A DNA stretch of 64,000 nt from Octopus sinensis (Eukaryota), in assembly GCF_006345805.1 (NCBI RefSeq), contig NC_043006.1, forward strand, positions 62,124,001 through 62,188,000, read 5' to 3'. This document shows positions 38,657 through 53,140 of this stretch, one piece after another. The stretch's first letter is position 1, and the number at the start of each line of letters is the position of its first letter. Both the position numbers and the translations under genes were made by a program. The notes beneath the pieces are model-generated. The model did not search any database. It was not told the origin of the DNA and worked only from the letters and a program-made list of their open reading frames with translations.

Positions 38657-41600
38657 ACAAGCTGACGTACCCGGTAAATCCCGAAATAGCATGGTTAATC
38701 CCTTAGTTCTGCTCTCATAAATGTTTCACTAATCTAATAACAACAATACAATGTATATAGCCCTTAAAACGGTTTTTGTGCATTTATAGAGAATACAGAA
38801 CTGTCTTACATAGGACCTTGTTTTTAGGAAATCCCAATAAATTATTAATTAGCCAAATTCTGAAGTCAGTTACGTAATAACATGAAATTACTTACCCGAT
38901 AGTAAGAATTCAAATAAAGTAGCCCCGAAAAGGGCTTTAATGAGTGACATAGGAGGAAATATTAATGAGGTATGTACACCACAATCGTGAAGCATGTTTC
39001 GTAATAACAGGCTAGTCAGATATGAGATAATAATGATTCAAATTAAATCACTTTGAAAAGTGCTATTGTGCGTCCCCAAAGAATATTACCCTCAGAGGCA
39101 CTAGTGTTGAAATAGATTCACAATCAATGTAGAAAAGACTAACATTTAGTTTTACAGTAGACATACAAATGAATCTGCATATAGATTTAAGAATATAATA
39201 ACATGTAGATTATCAATACATTTACAACACTTACTAATATTACAGTAAAATAATAAATATCTGATTTGGTGAATCGTATTGTTTGCAGGGCTTGATAAAC
39301 AACAGCTTTGTCCTTTCCTTGTGGAGCATGAATAAACAAATCATTACGAATTCCTCCTCTTGAGCATACCACATAATGTTGGCCATAGTAGAAAACCGGT
39401 TCCCCAAAGTTCAGAGCTACCGCATCCAAGGACCGCTCCTGAACATTGTTAATACTCATTTCAAAGCTCGCTTGCAACCGGAATTCCAGGCGCTTGTACT
39501 GGAAAGGCATATACGAGGGAATAAGCGGGATTCTAGGAATGAATACAGGTTCACCGCTTGTTTTACCAGTGAAATTGTTTGTCTCCAAGACTCTTGGCAT
39601 CATCTTCTTTATGATAATTCGTGTGCCATTGCAAAGCTTTGGTGGATCGAAACGTAGTAGAACAGGTGTCCCAATCTTGAGGTGTAGGTTGTGAGGTGGG
39701 AGACCAGGTGGTGTTATACGATTCAAGAAATCAACTGGATAATTCACAGCTTCAACGATGTTGAGTACAGCGTCAATAGAACTGTAGAATTTAAAGTTCA
39801 AATCTCAACTGCCACCTTCTTTGGAGCGAAACTGGCAAGGGTTCCAGCCAGGTGTGGTCTGTAAACTGATTCATTGGGTTAGAAATCACCTTATCCATTA
39901 GTTCTTTTAAATCAGATATCGTATGTCCAAAAGGCTAGCTTGCCTGGCCATCCTTCTGGGCAACCGACGTACGATTAACAACATCCAACAATTGCTTTGA
40001 AAAGGTTCCGACTGCATCATTATCACTGAGCTGCACTGTCATGTTGGTTGTGAGTCTTAGCTTTCGCACACAGCTCCATAGGTAGGACGACTTTATGCTG
40101 GCATTTATTTCACTAGCTCTTGTCTCCTTTGGAACCACAGAAGTAGTTTGTCTAAAGTCTTGTGCAAGCAAGATTGTGGCACTTCCCATGAGCAACATCT
40201 ATCAATACAAATTAAGGTGTTCCTACATGTAAATATGGTATGACATCTGTGATAACAGTGCATTTGTTTAAAAGCAGTTATTCATGCAACGGCTGTCAGT
40301 TGGCTGATGTGACATGATAGATTATCGTCATTCATGATATATTCGTGAATAGGTCACTAACCGAAATAGGTGAATCTATTATTGATTTTTTTTAAAGAAA
40401 GTGACCTTTATGACAGTGCAAATGACCGGTTGGTGGAAAAGAAAAATAAGGGATTTTACATGGGTTATTTCCCCTTGGCCGTTAAAAATAAGTAAAGTGT
40501 ATATCGTAAAGAAAATATCACAGCTATCAATATGAATTACGAAAATGTTCCTAAATGTAAACAGCGTGTGAACTATATAAGAACAGTGTAGATTGCAATA
40601 TTATTGATAGACAAATGGCGATTTCTGTCTGTTTGTGTGGTTGGTTGTTAAAAACATTAGCACCTCTATCAATATAAATTAAGGTGTTCCTATATGTAAA
40701 TAGGGTGTGACCTTTGTGCTGACTGCATTTGTCGAAAAACGGAACAGTTCTTCACGCAGCGCTTGTCAGTTGGCTGAAGTGACAAGAAAAGCATTGCCAT
40801 TCATGGTATATTCATGAATAAGTCACTAACCGAAATAAATAGATGTATTGTTAAGGAAAATACTATTTACTTGTTTAAGGGTTGTACTGGGTAAATTGCG
40901 AAAATAATCTAACATTTCAAATACTAAGAAATAAACATACTCAACTTGATCACTGAGCATGTTTGACAATTTTTTGTAAGAAAGTCCATGTGATGTACAT
41001 GTACACGTATTTATACAAGGTAACCACTTGCAGCTTGTCACTCTGACAATTTCTCGTAAGAACGTGCAGGCAATGTAGAATGTACACGCATTTATACAAC
41101 GTAACCACTTGCAACCTGTCAGTGTAACATTGCTTGCTTTGGAAATAGCTTGACTATATATAGGAAATTTCGCAGATATACAAATAGCTATATTTTGCTG
41201 TTTATGAGAAAGAAATGTCAGGATGAGTCAAGCTTGTTTTACAGGTGAATTCTGCTTAAGTGAGGTTAAATGTCAAGTGGCGATACAATACATCACTAAG
41301 GACAGTAATTGTTCTGGCTGTCAACTTGCGAGTTCTTAACTGTTTTTGAATAAGAACCATCTTATTTGCAAGCTAATAGGAAAATTAAAGATTTAATTTC
41401 GATTCTAGTACTAGCTAGTTTCCAAACGAAAATGTCTTCCTATATATAGGAAAATGAATGTTATTTCCCTTGCCTGTTGAAGGAAAATGTATTGATTATA
41501 TATGTGGATCCCTTCTAGGGACCCTAGTCATCCAATTATAGCTTTTTATTAAATTTCAATGGGCGTAGTTACAAACGTGATGTTACTTTAGCATGTTTGC

Positions 41601-41670
41601 AAATTTCACGAAAATTCACGAACGGGTGTAGACGGCAAATTGATACAAACAGACAACTTGCTTTTATATA
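38657..41670 (-). mobile_element. Defective Helitron
   Basis: Helicase remnants inside; CTRR-like 3' end with GC-rich subterminal motif at 38657. Internal direct repeats 40197..40368 and 40664..40837. Boundaries approximate. Confidence 0.65.
39290..40198 (-). pseudogene. Helitron PIF1-family helicase C-terminal remnant
   Basis: QDFRQT..L.LTTNM; YPVDFLN..PPGLPPHNLHLKIG.P; LCNGTR; VFIPRIPL; F.MSIN..Q..SL; GQ.YV.CSR. Confidence 0.95.
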
Positions 41671-43439
41671 TGCATAAGACAAGATATCCAAATTGAGGAA
41701 ACAGCTAAAGTGCTCACTACACTTATGTCGTTGCTCAACGAGCCAAGCCGTTCTTTGTAATATTGTAGATGAAATTCATAAAACAATCCTAATTTTTTTA
41801 GAAACCGAACGTTTTAGAAATTTATAGAGGTGCCAATTCAATTAAAATCAATTTGCATATTTGATGATTCCCTATCGTTGTTGTTCATTAACGTATTCGC
41901 AGATGCTTTATCTCTTGCGACCTAACATTCAGAGGCTACTTCAACTATACCTTTCATAATTGGGTAAAATATTTCCCATTAATACTACACCTGATTTTTA
42001 ACGTATGTTATACGAAGCACTTGATTACTACATCTCTATTCATTTGAGTGAACTTCTTATATTATCACGAGTGGAAGTATTTATGTATCATATTACCACC
42101 AAAATAAACTGGAAGTAATGTTTGGATTACCTTAGATAGGCAGACTAAGATATACCAGGTTTTCTTCGTGAAATGCAATACAGGATAATCCTCGATAACC
42201 ATAGGCGTTTAAGCGTACGCATATTTCCTGTCCGATATGTCATTGTTTAGCTCTAGGCCAGTCCCTATTGAAGACACTCAAGATCAAATTTTACCTAATA
42301 GTGAACTCATCGTCTACTTTTTATTATCAACTACTTCATTCTCTAATCTGTCGCTCGTTTTTTCAAAACTTCTTTCATATCATTTGAAGTAATTTAGCTT
42401 CAGTTTCTAGCACATGGAGCAACCACATACCAGATGATGGGGAAGGGATCTCCCGGTGTCATAGTAAGAAAGTTTGCCGATATATGTATATCTTATTCTA
42501 ATTAATTATTTTCTGAAACGGAAATTGTATGAGATATTTAAATTCTCTGAATATTAACATTGATTATGTTAAATTGACCAATAAAGAGAGGAACTATCAA
42601 ATATGCTTTAAAATAGCATTATTTACACTGCATCAATTGTGGTGAGTGAATGTCCAGATTTCCACTTACATGAACACTTGTAAATACATCACCTTTTACA
42701 GTTGAAGTTGAATCAGTAGAACCATTAGTTTATAAAAATGCCTTGTTTTACAACTATGCGCTATCAGAAATCATTACTTGTGGAAATGATAAAGTAGGAA
42801 ATAAATGTAACATAAACAATTATATTTGAATGTAGAAGTATGCCTTCCCAGCAGAAAACGTTCCTAAACTGAACTATGTATTTGTGTGTAATGAAGAGGT
42901 TTTTACCAATTCCAATATATCAAAATTGATTATCAATTTTAGGAAAATGTAAAACGAATAGATATCAATCTGCGATTGAATGAAAGCGTATAAGTGGTAC
43001 ATAAGTGACAGTTGTGCGACGCATAAGTACAGCTTAATAACTATCGATGTTTATATAAAATCATTTGCTTTTAAACAGCAGCAGAGTGAATAATAGATTC
43101 ACTTAATGTCGCTAACTGAATGAGAGTCATTTTCTATTCTGTAATCTTCTTGCTTTTCTAATAATATATTTATATTTTCTCGGCTAATATCCGCTCAGTA
43201 TAAACGTGAAAAACGTGATTACAATGTTTGACGGAGGAGGGAAGGACTTCAAAAACAAACAAAGAAAGCAACAACGAAACATTATAGTTATTAGGTTTTT
43301 TTATGAACGTGTTTAACGGTTAGACATTGTGATTCTTACATACATACGGCTTTCTGCGTTCTCATTTTAAACAAAAATGGAAGAAAAGGAGTTTCTAACA
43401 TATGTTTCTTTAAAATATCTCAGACAACATGGTCGTTGT

Positions 43440-44239
43440 CTAGTACAGGGAGATAAACATGGTGACGCGGTAGTAGGATGGCGAGACGAGGTGCTATACT
43501 AAGATACGTAAAGCTGAGCTAGGAGGGAAAAAATGGTGGTGGTGATACTTGGGGGATCAACGGTTTATCAATAGGGAAAACGAAGGCTAAAAGTGAAATA
43601 TGGTAGAATTGAGCAATGAAAAACAACCTGTGGAGAACTGACAAAATGAAAACTTGAAACATTGATAAGTGAAGAATGAAAGACGAAAGAAAAATATTAA
43701 AAATTAGGAAATGAAATTAAAATTGAAAAGATGGCGAGAAGCTGAGGTATTAATATAAATATATTATATGAACAGTGAACAGTGAGGAGCTTTTGGAAAT
43801 GGATGCAAGAATTGAATAATGTAGAGAAAACCCTGGAGACCTGACAAAATGAAAAATACCTCTTCCCTGTTCATATAATATATTTGTATTAATACCATAG
43901 CTTCTCGTCATCTTTTCATTTTCATTTCATTTTCTTATTTTTTACGATAGTTTTTTTTTCTAATATTTTTCTCTTTTCGTTTTTCATTCTTCATTTTTCA
44001 ATTTTTGAATTCTTCATTTTTTTTTCAGTTCTCCACGGTATTCACTTCATTGCTCAATTCTGCTATCTTTCAATCTTAGCCTTTGGTTTTTCCCTATCGA
44101 TAAACCGCTAAACCCCACAAGTATCAACTTCGCCTTCTACTTGTTCATTCTTTCCGCTTAGCTCAGCTTTAGTTATTTCAGCAAAGCACCCCACTGTCAC
44201 CATTTTATTACTGTGTCACCTTTTATTTCCCGGTACTAG
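43440..44239. repeat. 800-bp imperfect fold-back (arms 43440..43775 and 43867..44239)
   Basis: ctagtacagggagataaa/tttatttcccggtactag ends; colinear blocks aaagctgagcta, cggtttatc, agaattgagcaatgaa, aaatatattatatgaacag. Confidence 0.85.
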
Positions 44240-44374
44240 CATCATAAAAATATTATGGTTAATGACAAAGAATGGCCCGGGGACGAAATTTGCTTAGGGG
44301 CTGCAAAACCCAGGTCCAATATTTGTTTATGAACATGGTGTATTTTCTCAATTTTAATATGAAAACAAACAGGT

Positions 44375-44386
44375 ATAATAATAATA

Positions 44387-44449
<63 letters not shown>

Positions 44450-44487
44450 GAACAAGAACAAGAACAACAACAACAACAACAACAATG

Positions 44488-44572
<85 letters not shown>

Positions 44573-44600
44573 GAACAAGAACAAGAACAACAACAACAAC

Positions 44601-44649
<49 letters not shown>

Positions 44650-44650
44650 T
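44375..44650. repeat. (TAA)n microsatellite with duplicated (AACAAG)3(AAC)n interruption
   Basis: Direct reading. Confidence 0.95.
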
Positions 44651-45868
44651 CATTAGGATCGCCTGAGAAGTTCATAGGCTGGCAAAGCTATTCTCCTGGA
44701 ATGTGACCAAATAAAATTCATTTTATAGCATAGTCCCCGTTACGATCCATACATGATCTTTTTCTACTTGCCTTCAATTTCTGAAATAATTTAGAAAAAT
44801 GTTACAGTGATTTAAAATTTGTTAATTTTAGCTCAGTCAGAAAACAATATTTGGAAGTTGGTATTTTGTGCGTAACGACAACATTACAGCGACTAATGGC
44901 AACATTACAACGACAAAACATTCAGCGATGAAAGATTTAATAAGATTTAATAAATAAAATTTTGTTAAATATTGGAACAAGCAATGCAAAAACCACCAGA
45001 ATCTTAATTTACGTAAAAAGATACAGTAGTTTAGTTCATGCAAAAAATACATATTTTGCAGCGAGAACGTTAAATGACACAAAAGAACTGTACAGAAAAG
45101 TTCCTCCACACGCTTATCGGTGTTGCGGTGCTTCGATCGCATTGGTGATGAAGGATTTCAACAGCAAATAAGACACTCATTCGAAGGGTTTTTCTGGTGT
45201 GGATGAAAATTTGAGAATGTATTGGTAGTATTTGTGGATAGGTGGGGGGAGATGTGTATGTTTAGAATGAAGAGATAGGTCAAATTGAAGAGAGGAAGGG
45301 AAATGAGAGGAAATGAGAAAAAAGAAAAAGGTTTAAAGAGTAATGATAATAAAAAGAGAAAAACAAAGAGTGAGAGACAAGAAAAAATATGAAGGCCGAC
45401 AGAGGTGAGAAACGGAGTGTTAGTTGGGGGTCAAGATAATGTGGGGAAGATGGGAGAAGAGTGAGAGAGGAGTGGATAAGTAGAGATGAGAAGTTAAGGA
45501 GTGAATAAGTGTGGGATATGTGGGTAGGGATGATATGATAGGGATGTATTAAGGGATGGGTAGAGAAAAAGTATGGGTGGCGTGATACCAAAGTAAGTAG
45601 TCGTTTTAGTAGTAAAATTTATTGTGGAGGAAGGAAGATTATAAGGATGTTAAAATTTTTATAAATAGACTGTGATAGGTTGGTGTGACAGGCAGGAACC
45701 AGAGAGGATGGTATAATGACAGGCGTACGCTCGTACATACGTACATACACATATGTGTATATACATACATATATACAAAAAGATACTCATGTATACGAGT
45801 GACCTCGTGTGTACCGTTGGCGATTTTTTTCCTCTGCATTCCCTTCTCGGGATCTTTTCTTCTCATAT

Positions 45869-45903
45869 GTTTCCGACAAAGAGCTCCGCTCGAAACGTCA
45901 AAC
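45869..45903 (+). ncRNA. Degenerate minimal hammerhead in PLE-type end 45810..45990, followed by (TA)n
   Basis: gttt-CCGACAA-a-gagc(tcc)gctc-GAAA-cg-TC-aaac. Confidence 0.6.
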
Positions 45904-46499
45904 CCTCCTTCTTCCCTTCTTTCCTGAGCGTCCAATAATACTATATTTGTTCCACGTCCTCGCGTTGTTGTTTTTTGGCGTTTTCTCGTTTGGATTAGCT
46001 ATATATATATACATACATATATATATATATATGCGCACGCACATACACATATACATACATGTATTCATGCTCACACGAATCCATAATGTATTCATACACG
46101 CATATGCGTGCGCATACAGGTTCATACGTATACTTATATACACATGCACACACTCATAATTATATTTGTATATACATATGCATGTATATATGCATACACA
46201 CACACGCACACACACACACATATATATATATACATGTACCCACAAACATATATATATACGTACATAAAAATACATGCACACGCATATATCAGCTTGTATG
46301 TCCAAATATGTAGTATCTTAAAGTAAGATAGGGGATTTAAAAAATTAAAGATTAAAGATTAAAATGGAGTTAAGGGAAAGTTAAGTAGAGTTGTTGGGGA
46401 TTACCTAAGGGATGTTGTGGTTATATGCTTTGTGGTTATGTAGATTACATTTAGATTTGTGGTAAAGTTTGTAGGTATGATAAAAACAACAATGCTTGC

Positions 46500-48010
46500 A
46501 TGTACCTAGTGCTTCATTATATTTATTTAGCTGTGTCGAGGAGTTTTGTTTTAATATGTGAAATGCCTCTTCTAAGCATAACTTGGTACGGTAGCCCTGA
46601 ATCTACTATGGGCTATGCGAAAATATAGGGAATATTTCTAATTTTGTGATGATGTATATGGCTGGCAAGTGTTGTGGATTTACCGTGTTTCTCGTATCTA
46701 AAAGAACTGAGATGAGCGGCCTATCGTTGTTTAAAATCTATGGTTGAATCTATGTATATAGCTGTAGAATAGTGTAATGTGTTGAGGACGGTGCATTTAT
46801 AAATTACATTAGATCTTCTACAATGGGTTGGCAGAGGTTAGATGGACACAGGACGGCAGTTACAAGTGAGTGTATTTTGGGGGTTATTTTCAGGAATGGA
46901 AGAGGTAATACTGCCCAACGGGAGGTTGGGGATGGGGATAGAAAGATCCAAGTTATTATTATTATAATTATTATTATTATCATTATTAATTTTTATTATT
47001 GTTATTATTATTATTATTATTATAATTATTATTATTATTACTATAATGATAATTATTGCTATCGTTGTTGTTAATTATTCTATCTCTAACGGTAGTAGAA
47101 GTTGTGGTAGTATTTTGGATAGTGTTCAATCTTGGAGCTGTGTACATGTTGGGCGCTCGTGTATTCAGCGTTGTTATAATGTGAGTTTTGATAGTAGAGA
47201 GAAAGCATTTGTTTATTAGAGGCTGTTATGATAGACTCGAAGTTAGGTGGGGTGGAATAGGGTAGTATCAGGGTAGATCTATTAAAAACTAGAGTAATAT
47301 TTATATTGGCGAGGGAAGTTGGAATAGCCTATTAAAGAAGGATTTAGCTTAGCTCTTAATGTTTAGCGAGAAGCGTGTTGTATACCATAGAATAGAGCTT
47401 ATACCACTTTTGGGGGTGCTTAGGGGTAGTACTATCAATATATTTGGAAAATGGAGAGGGTAGCATGGCTCATTGTTGTCAGGAGTTTTAGGTGTTTTAG
47501 CTTTTGACTTAGTTTTATATGTGTGCTTGGGGGGTCTGGGTTGTCTTAATAGGGTTCTTCCGGCGTTCTAGCATAGTGTATGCGTGGTGTGTTATGATTC
47601 TGATATTCGGTGTGTCGTTGCGATGTGAGTTGAAATATATGTTGCTTGAGCCTAGTATTAGGGATGTATATAATTTGTTGGGAGAAGCCACTGGCAGCGA
47701 GCGCTTGGTTGTAATATGGTGCGTGTTTATTAAATACTTCCTCAGTAGAAGATATGTCAGATACACGGATCGAGATACCCTTGACTATGTTATCAAAGGT
47801 GGATTTGTGGTGATTGGAAAGGATGTTTAAATATTTAAGGTATTGGTTAGGTTTGTGATAAGGAGAGCATGGGGAGGTTTCTAAATTTAAAGTTACGTCT
47901 AAAAAGTAGTAGATTTGTGGCAATTTTAGAAGGTAAAATACAGGTTAATGCTAGAGAAAAGCTCGTGTAGATCTTTGTGTAGACTGATGACATCTTGTCT
48001 TCTCTTACAC
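46500..48010 (-). pseudogene. Second, older Hydra-like PLE: thumb, CxC linker and GIY-YIG
   Basis: FLDVTLNL..PYHKPN..SNH..IS.R.S..SS.EE.F....YN.AL..SG; CNCR..PL..C..NVIYKCTV. Confidence 0.85.
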
Positions 48011-48455
48011 AGATATATGGTGGGTGCAACGCAAAACCATAACTTGGCTTTGGCGCAGATCAGTTCAGAGCGTTCGCCAGTATGATGTGGAGTGAACGCA
48101 GATCTGTTGTTAGCAACAGCGTCAAAACGAGGGAAGCATAGAGAAGAGAGCTGCATTTGATCCGATGTATTAAACAAGGACAGATGACGAGATGGGAAGA
48201 ACATGTTGAGAGGAAAATAAGTTGGGATGAGATATGGAAGTGGACCACATCTCGGCTGAGGTTCTGATTCATTCATCCTACGAGGTTTTGCCATCACCTA
48301 CAAATCTAATAAGATGGAACGTCTCAGAGAAAAACATATGCAAATGCGGAAAGGTCGGAACACCGAAACATATTCTTTCCAACTGTTCATTAGCATTGGA
48401 CAGGTATACATGGAGAAATAATCTGATCCTGAAGGTTATCTTCAATGCTATTAGA
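48011..48455 (+). pseudogene. RLE-type (HERO-like) non-LTR fragment with CCHC knuckle
   Basis: DMVGATQ..; QGQMTRWE..ISWDEIW; YEVLPSPTNLIRW..CKCG..HILSNC..ALDRYTWR. Confidence 0.85.
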
Positions 48456-48459
48456 GAGT

Positions 48460-49600
48460 CAAGCTGGTTATATGTAGAAGAGTCTTGTTTATCAAAGTGG
48501 AAAAGGAAATTAAGAATAGATTTTATATTTTCCACTGCTTGTTGTTCCTTTACAGAAGTTTCTTTTTCATGAGATAGTTTTAGCTCGAGTCCAATGTTAT
48601 TTATTTTCTTATATTTTATCTCAATTTCATTTGTTGAGAGAGTTTGGATTTTTAGGTGTTTATATAGGGCAGGCTTTCGGCATATCCTGCTTCGCTCTTC
48701 GTACAGAAACCTCATTCATTCTTTAATATTGGCGTTCCTAATATGTTGAGACCAGTTTGTTTTCATGATTACTCATACTTGTTTCCATATCCTGCTGTCA
48801 TTTCCATGTAGTGCATATGTCCTTCCAATCAGATATATTCCACTAAGCGCCACACATATTATCTTTACTTTTGGTGTAAAGTCTTTAAGATATGATATTT
48901 TGTGTAAGAGAACTTATATATTCATCATTATTACTGGGTTGAATTTGTCGGTTAATGACAGAAATGGTGTGTGGTTGTGCAATGGGTTAACAGCAGTGGT
49001 TCGTGCAGTGTGAGAGCTAGAAGGTTGCTTTTGAATTCTTTAGCCAGATTCATCATGGCTAAAAAGGAATTGTCTTGTTTTGGAAGGGGCTGTTCTATGG
49101 AGTTGTTCTGGTTGCACTTTTGGAAATGGTTATGGTTATGATTTGCGAGTGTTGATTTTACTATTGCAGCCGGTGGATTTCTGGGCGACATCTGGAATGC
49201 GATGAAAGTTTGGACCAACATTATTATTGTAAAGGTTGTTTCTACTGTAGACGTAGTGGTCGCCTGGCGTCATACCATTAATAGAGTGTTGAGTCCCTGA
49301 AATATTAGTGAAAGGACAGTCATGCTTCAGAAATAATCTTTCGCATTGGGAATAGCTGGAAATTTTAGGATTACCAGTTACACGTGTGGAAGTTATTGAG
49401 TCTGATTTAGCATTTAGTGGTGCTGATTGTGGTGTTATAAGATGTGTGCTTTGGCGTTAGCTGGTGTTGCTTGTACAAGCTGTGCATCTTGTCTCAGCCA
49501 AATGTGTGAAGTTGCAGTCACTGCGTAAGTATAGTCTCTTGTGTTGAGAATACCAACATATTTTGGGGTTTTATATGTTCATAGATTTTAATTTATTTAC
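48460..49600 (-). pseudogene. Decayed CR1/L2-like LINE (APE and linker region)
   Basis: EQQAVENIKS..FLF resembles the 'AI..IK.NPK.F' linker; upstream APE-like motifs are weak. Confidence 0.4.
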
Positions 49601-50394
49601 AGTTGGCACATTTATCAAAGAGCTGTGAGGTATACATTCATATTAGGCTGGACATTGTGGTGAAAGAAAAGCATGATGATTCTTCACTAATTGAAGCAGT
49701 AGTGGTGTTTAAGATAGTAGCAGTGGTATATGATGACAATGGAGGTGATGGATCTCTTGTGTTATTCTGAGAGAGTGAGGAATATTTAGTTGTGGTAAGG
49801 ATATTAACAGTAGAACACGATGGCAATGATGATGATGATGTGTCAGTTTTAGTATTAAGAAGACATGAAGAATGTGATAGCTGACTGTGAAGAGCTGTTG
49901 AATGTGGAGTTTAATTGGTCATCAATTGCACTCGTATCTGAGAAGTGGCCGTGGCTGCTGGACATGTCGTTGTTGTTGTTATATATTTTTATGTTGACGC
50001 TGCTTTAGTTCAGTAATATATCGTTGTAGGAAAATTTCATGACCATTGGAAATTTTATGACCATTAGTAAACATTCCTGGCTTTTTTATTTTATTTATCT
50101 GTTCCCTTTTGAGACTTTAAGCAGATCAATTTTTAGACAAATGTATGTTGGGAGAGGCAAATTTTGAATTTGCTTCGCCACAAAAATTCTAGGGAGTAGA
50201 AGCGAATCACCTTCAACCACAGTTCCGGGCCCTTGATGACAAAACAAGAAAATTGGGTCAAAACTTTTATATGTTTGTTTTGCAATATTCTTGATATGAA
50301 ATCGTGTGTTGAGACAGATATTATATTTAGGGACGGTCATTTTGCAAATAAACACACGCACTATTTATGTAATCTCTTTAGCTTAATCAATATT

Positions 50395-50552
50395 ATTTTC
50401 TACTCTAGGCACAAGGCCCGAAATTATTGGAGAGGTGGCTAGTCAATTAGATCGATCCCAGTGCGCAACTGGGTCTTAATTTATTGACCCCGAAAGAATG
50501 AAAGCCAAAGATGACATGGCCGGAATTTCAAATCAGACTTAAAGACGGACGA
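50395..50552 (-). mobile_element. SINE family A, partial
   Basis: aggcacaaggcccgaaat..atcgatcccagtgcgcaactgg..gaccccgaaagaatgaaag. Confidence 0.8.
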
Positions 50553-50569
50553 TTAGCTTTAGTAATATT

Positions 50570-50986
50570 ATTAGTTAATTTGTAAGTGTTCTTTCGTCAA
50601 ACACTTTGTTATCTATCCACTGACTAAATCTTTCTTTTCTCTGTGTCTCTCGTTCTCTCTGACCGTGTCCAGTCTCTTCCATCTTGTATTTCTGTGTCAT
50701 GTATCCCTCTCTGAAGACTGAAGGCAGAATAGTGAAAAAAAAGAGATAATGGTACAAGCAGTATAATACACAAACCCATGCAAGCGTACACAAAGCTTGC
50801 AAATAACAAACACTTAAACACACATACAGGAACACACGCAAAGTGTGTGTAGATAGGCACACATGCTACTGAAAGACACGATGGAACACATAGAACAAAA
50901 CCAGAGTAAAGATGAGACACGGAAAAGAACAGATACTGACTGAACGGGTCGCAAAATGTGTGACGAAAGACCTTTAAGATATAAAC

Positions 50987-50990
<4 letters not shown>
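50570..50990. mobile_element. Old fold-back element with about 90-bp inverted ends next to (TAA)n
   Basis: attagtt..tctttcgtcaaacactttg..tcttttc..gtgtctc versus its reverse complement at 50900..50990. Confidence 0.55.
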
Positions 50991-51017
<27 letters not shown>

Positions 51018-52149
51018 GCTAAAATAAATAGTGCCTTTGTTTAAGGGCTAAATGCCCGCCCCAAAATATAATAATAATTCCATATTCTATACCATAACAT
51101 TGTAAAATATACTTTTATAATGTTTCACTTGACATACCAGAAATTTCATAACCAAATCTTGTCCAACTTACAAAAGGGATACAGAAAAGTAATAATATAT
51201 TCAAAATATTACGAGACGGGCTATTGCACGCAAAATATGTAAGGAGTTTAGAATTGTATATGGCATATAGTGAAATTCTTTGTTGTATAAAGATTTTACG
51301 TCACAGCGCATGCCATCTTCAAGATTTAATAGCGAGATTAAATTACAATAAATGTTAGAGAAAATAAGATTATATATATGGTAAGATATTCTACATCGAC
51401 GTCGATTTTCATTCGAGGAACATTAATACGAAACACTGACTTAGGTCTCTTTACAGATTTAATGTCTAATTGTACATTTTATGGCATTATATGACTATAT
51501 ATAGACGCCGAGATGTATTTGTACATACATTCAAACCTATAGTGAAACACAAACTACACGTAGGCACGTACTTGTTTTCTCTGTTTTATCTGTTCTCTCC
51601 CTGCTTACACACACACACTATCACGCACGCACACACACATGCACGCACACATACGCATATAATTATCTACAAAAATATTTAGCTTAAACAAATATGTATC
51701 ACATATGTACACACATACTCACAGACATGGTGTGCTACACATATCTGTGATCTAATGGACATGAATAAAAGGTGTTTGCATTCACTCATATGCAGACAAC
51801 TAACAAGAATCATCCTATTCGGTAGCTAGAATGAATGGCAGACGAATATTGGAAGAGTAAAACAAGAACAATAGAACAATGGAAACCTAACAATTTTGGA
51901 TCAATTTCGCGAAGGCGTACTTAAACAGAATCAACTACTTTCAAATGTAAAGGAATTAATACATCTTCCCCAGATAATTCTACAGCAATATTTGCAGACA
52001 TTCAGCCACCCTGTTCGTTAAAACTGCAAATCTAGAACATTATAGAATTTTTTCTGAAGCTATGAAAATATTGTAGTCCATGTGTGAATATGATGTAATG
52101 TCCACTAATTGAGACTTCGGACTTTCCCGGTTGGTACAGTATTATACTT

Positions 52150-52460
52150 GCGTGGTTGTGTGGTAAGAAGTGTGCTTCTCAACGATAGAGTCCTATGTTC
52201 AGTTCTACTGCCTGGCTCATTGGGCAAGTGTTTTCTGCTATAACCTCGGGCTGATCAAAGTCTTGTGAGTAGATTCGCTAGATATCGCATATGTATCTGT
52301 GTGAGTCTGTGCGTGTATACGCCTCTATGTGTGTGTGTGTGTGTGTGTGTATGTGCGTGTGTGTGCGTAGAATCCACCGCCACTTTACAACCAGTGTTGG
52401 TTTGTTATGTCCCTGTAATATAGAGGTTCATGAAAGAGAAAGAAAAAGTAATAGAGTCAA
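52150..52460 (+). mobile_element. SINE family B-like, diverged
   Basis: gcgtggttgtgtggtaagaag head, ttgggcaagtg..ctata..ctcggg core. Confidence 0.75.
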
Positions 52461-53140
52461 GAATCTATTATTTAATAACAGCAATTTCCAGTATTACGCG
52501 ATTTGAAACTTAAAATTAAAATATTTGAAAGTATAAAGAACGGTCAATTTCTACCAGTTAGATAATGACACGCACGTTACTATTTCATAAGCGTCCACAT
52601 TACTATCTGCAGAATGTGACATGCTTTACTGTGTGTTATTGAACATGACTAAGATATTCGAAAAGCTAGACAAGTTATTTAAGACTACAGATCAGAGACG
52701 TATGGCGAGACACCGGTGCCATTTTAAACTGAATATTGTGAAACTGATACATAGATAAAAATTCGAAAGACACGTGGAAAGCAAAGACAAAAATGTCTAC
52801 TTAAATTGCGAAATGGCTTGCAGAAAAGAGAATATAATATTCTGAACCAAGTGGTAGGAAAAGAAAGAGCCATGGTCTTGAAATCGGCTGAAAAAGGTGA
52901 AGCTGTGATTGTGTGAAGTACAGAAATTTGCTCCGTCTGGAGCTGGATTTAATTTACTCTCCATACTTCTGTTGATCAGGGTTTCAATTCTTCAACTCCT
53001 TTCATTTAACCACATTCGCATACATTTAAACACAACACAGGTCTCCTAGCTTCCTACTCCACACACACTAGCACCCTAAATTATTACATATCCCAAAATT
53101 TCCTATTTTTGTCACATCTTCTTAAACGCTTTTGTCTAAT

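Noticed and set aside
40197-41130. Direct repeats considered as a CRISPR-like array
   Set aside because: Only pairs of long diverged repeats inside a Helitron, with no regular repeat-spacer periodicity, in a eukaryotic context.
42620-42740. TNGSTDS motif resembling a ZNF862/hAT catalytic region
   Set aside because: A single short motif without supporting context.
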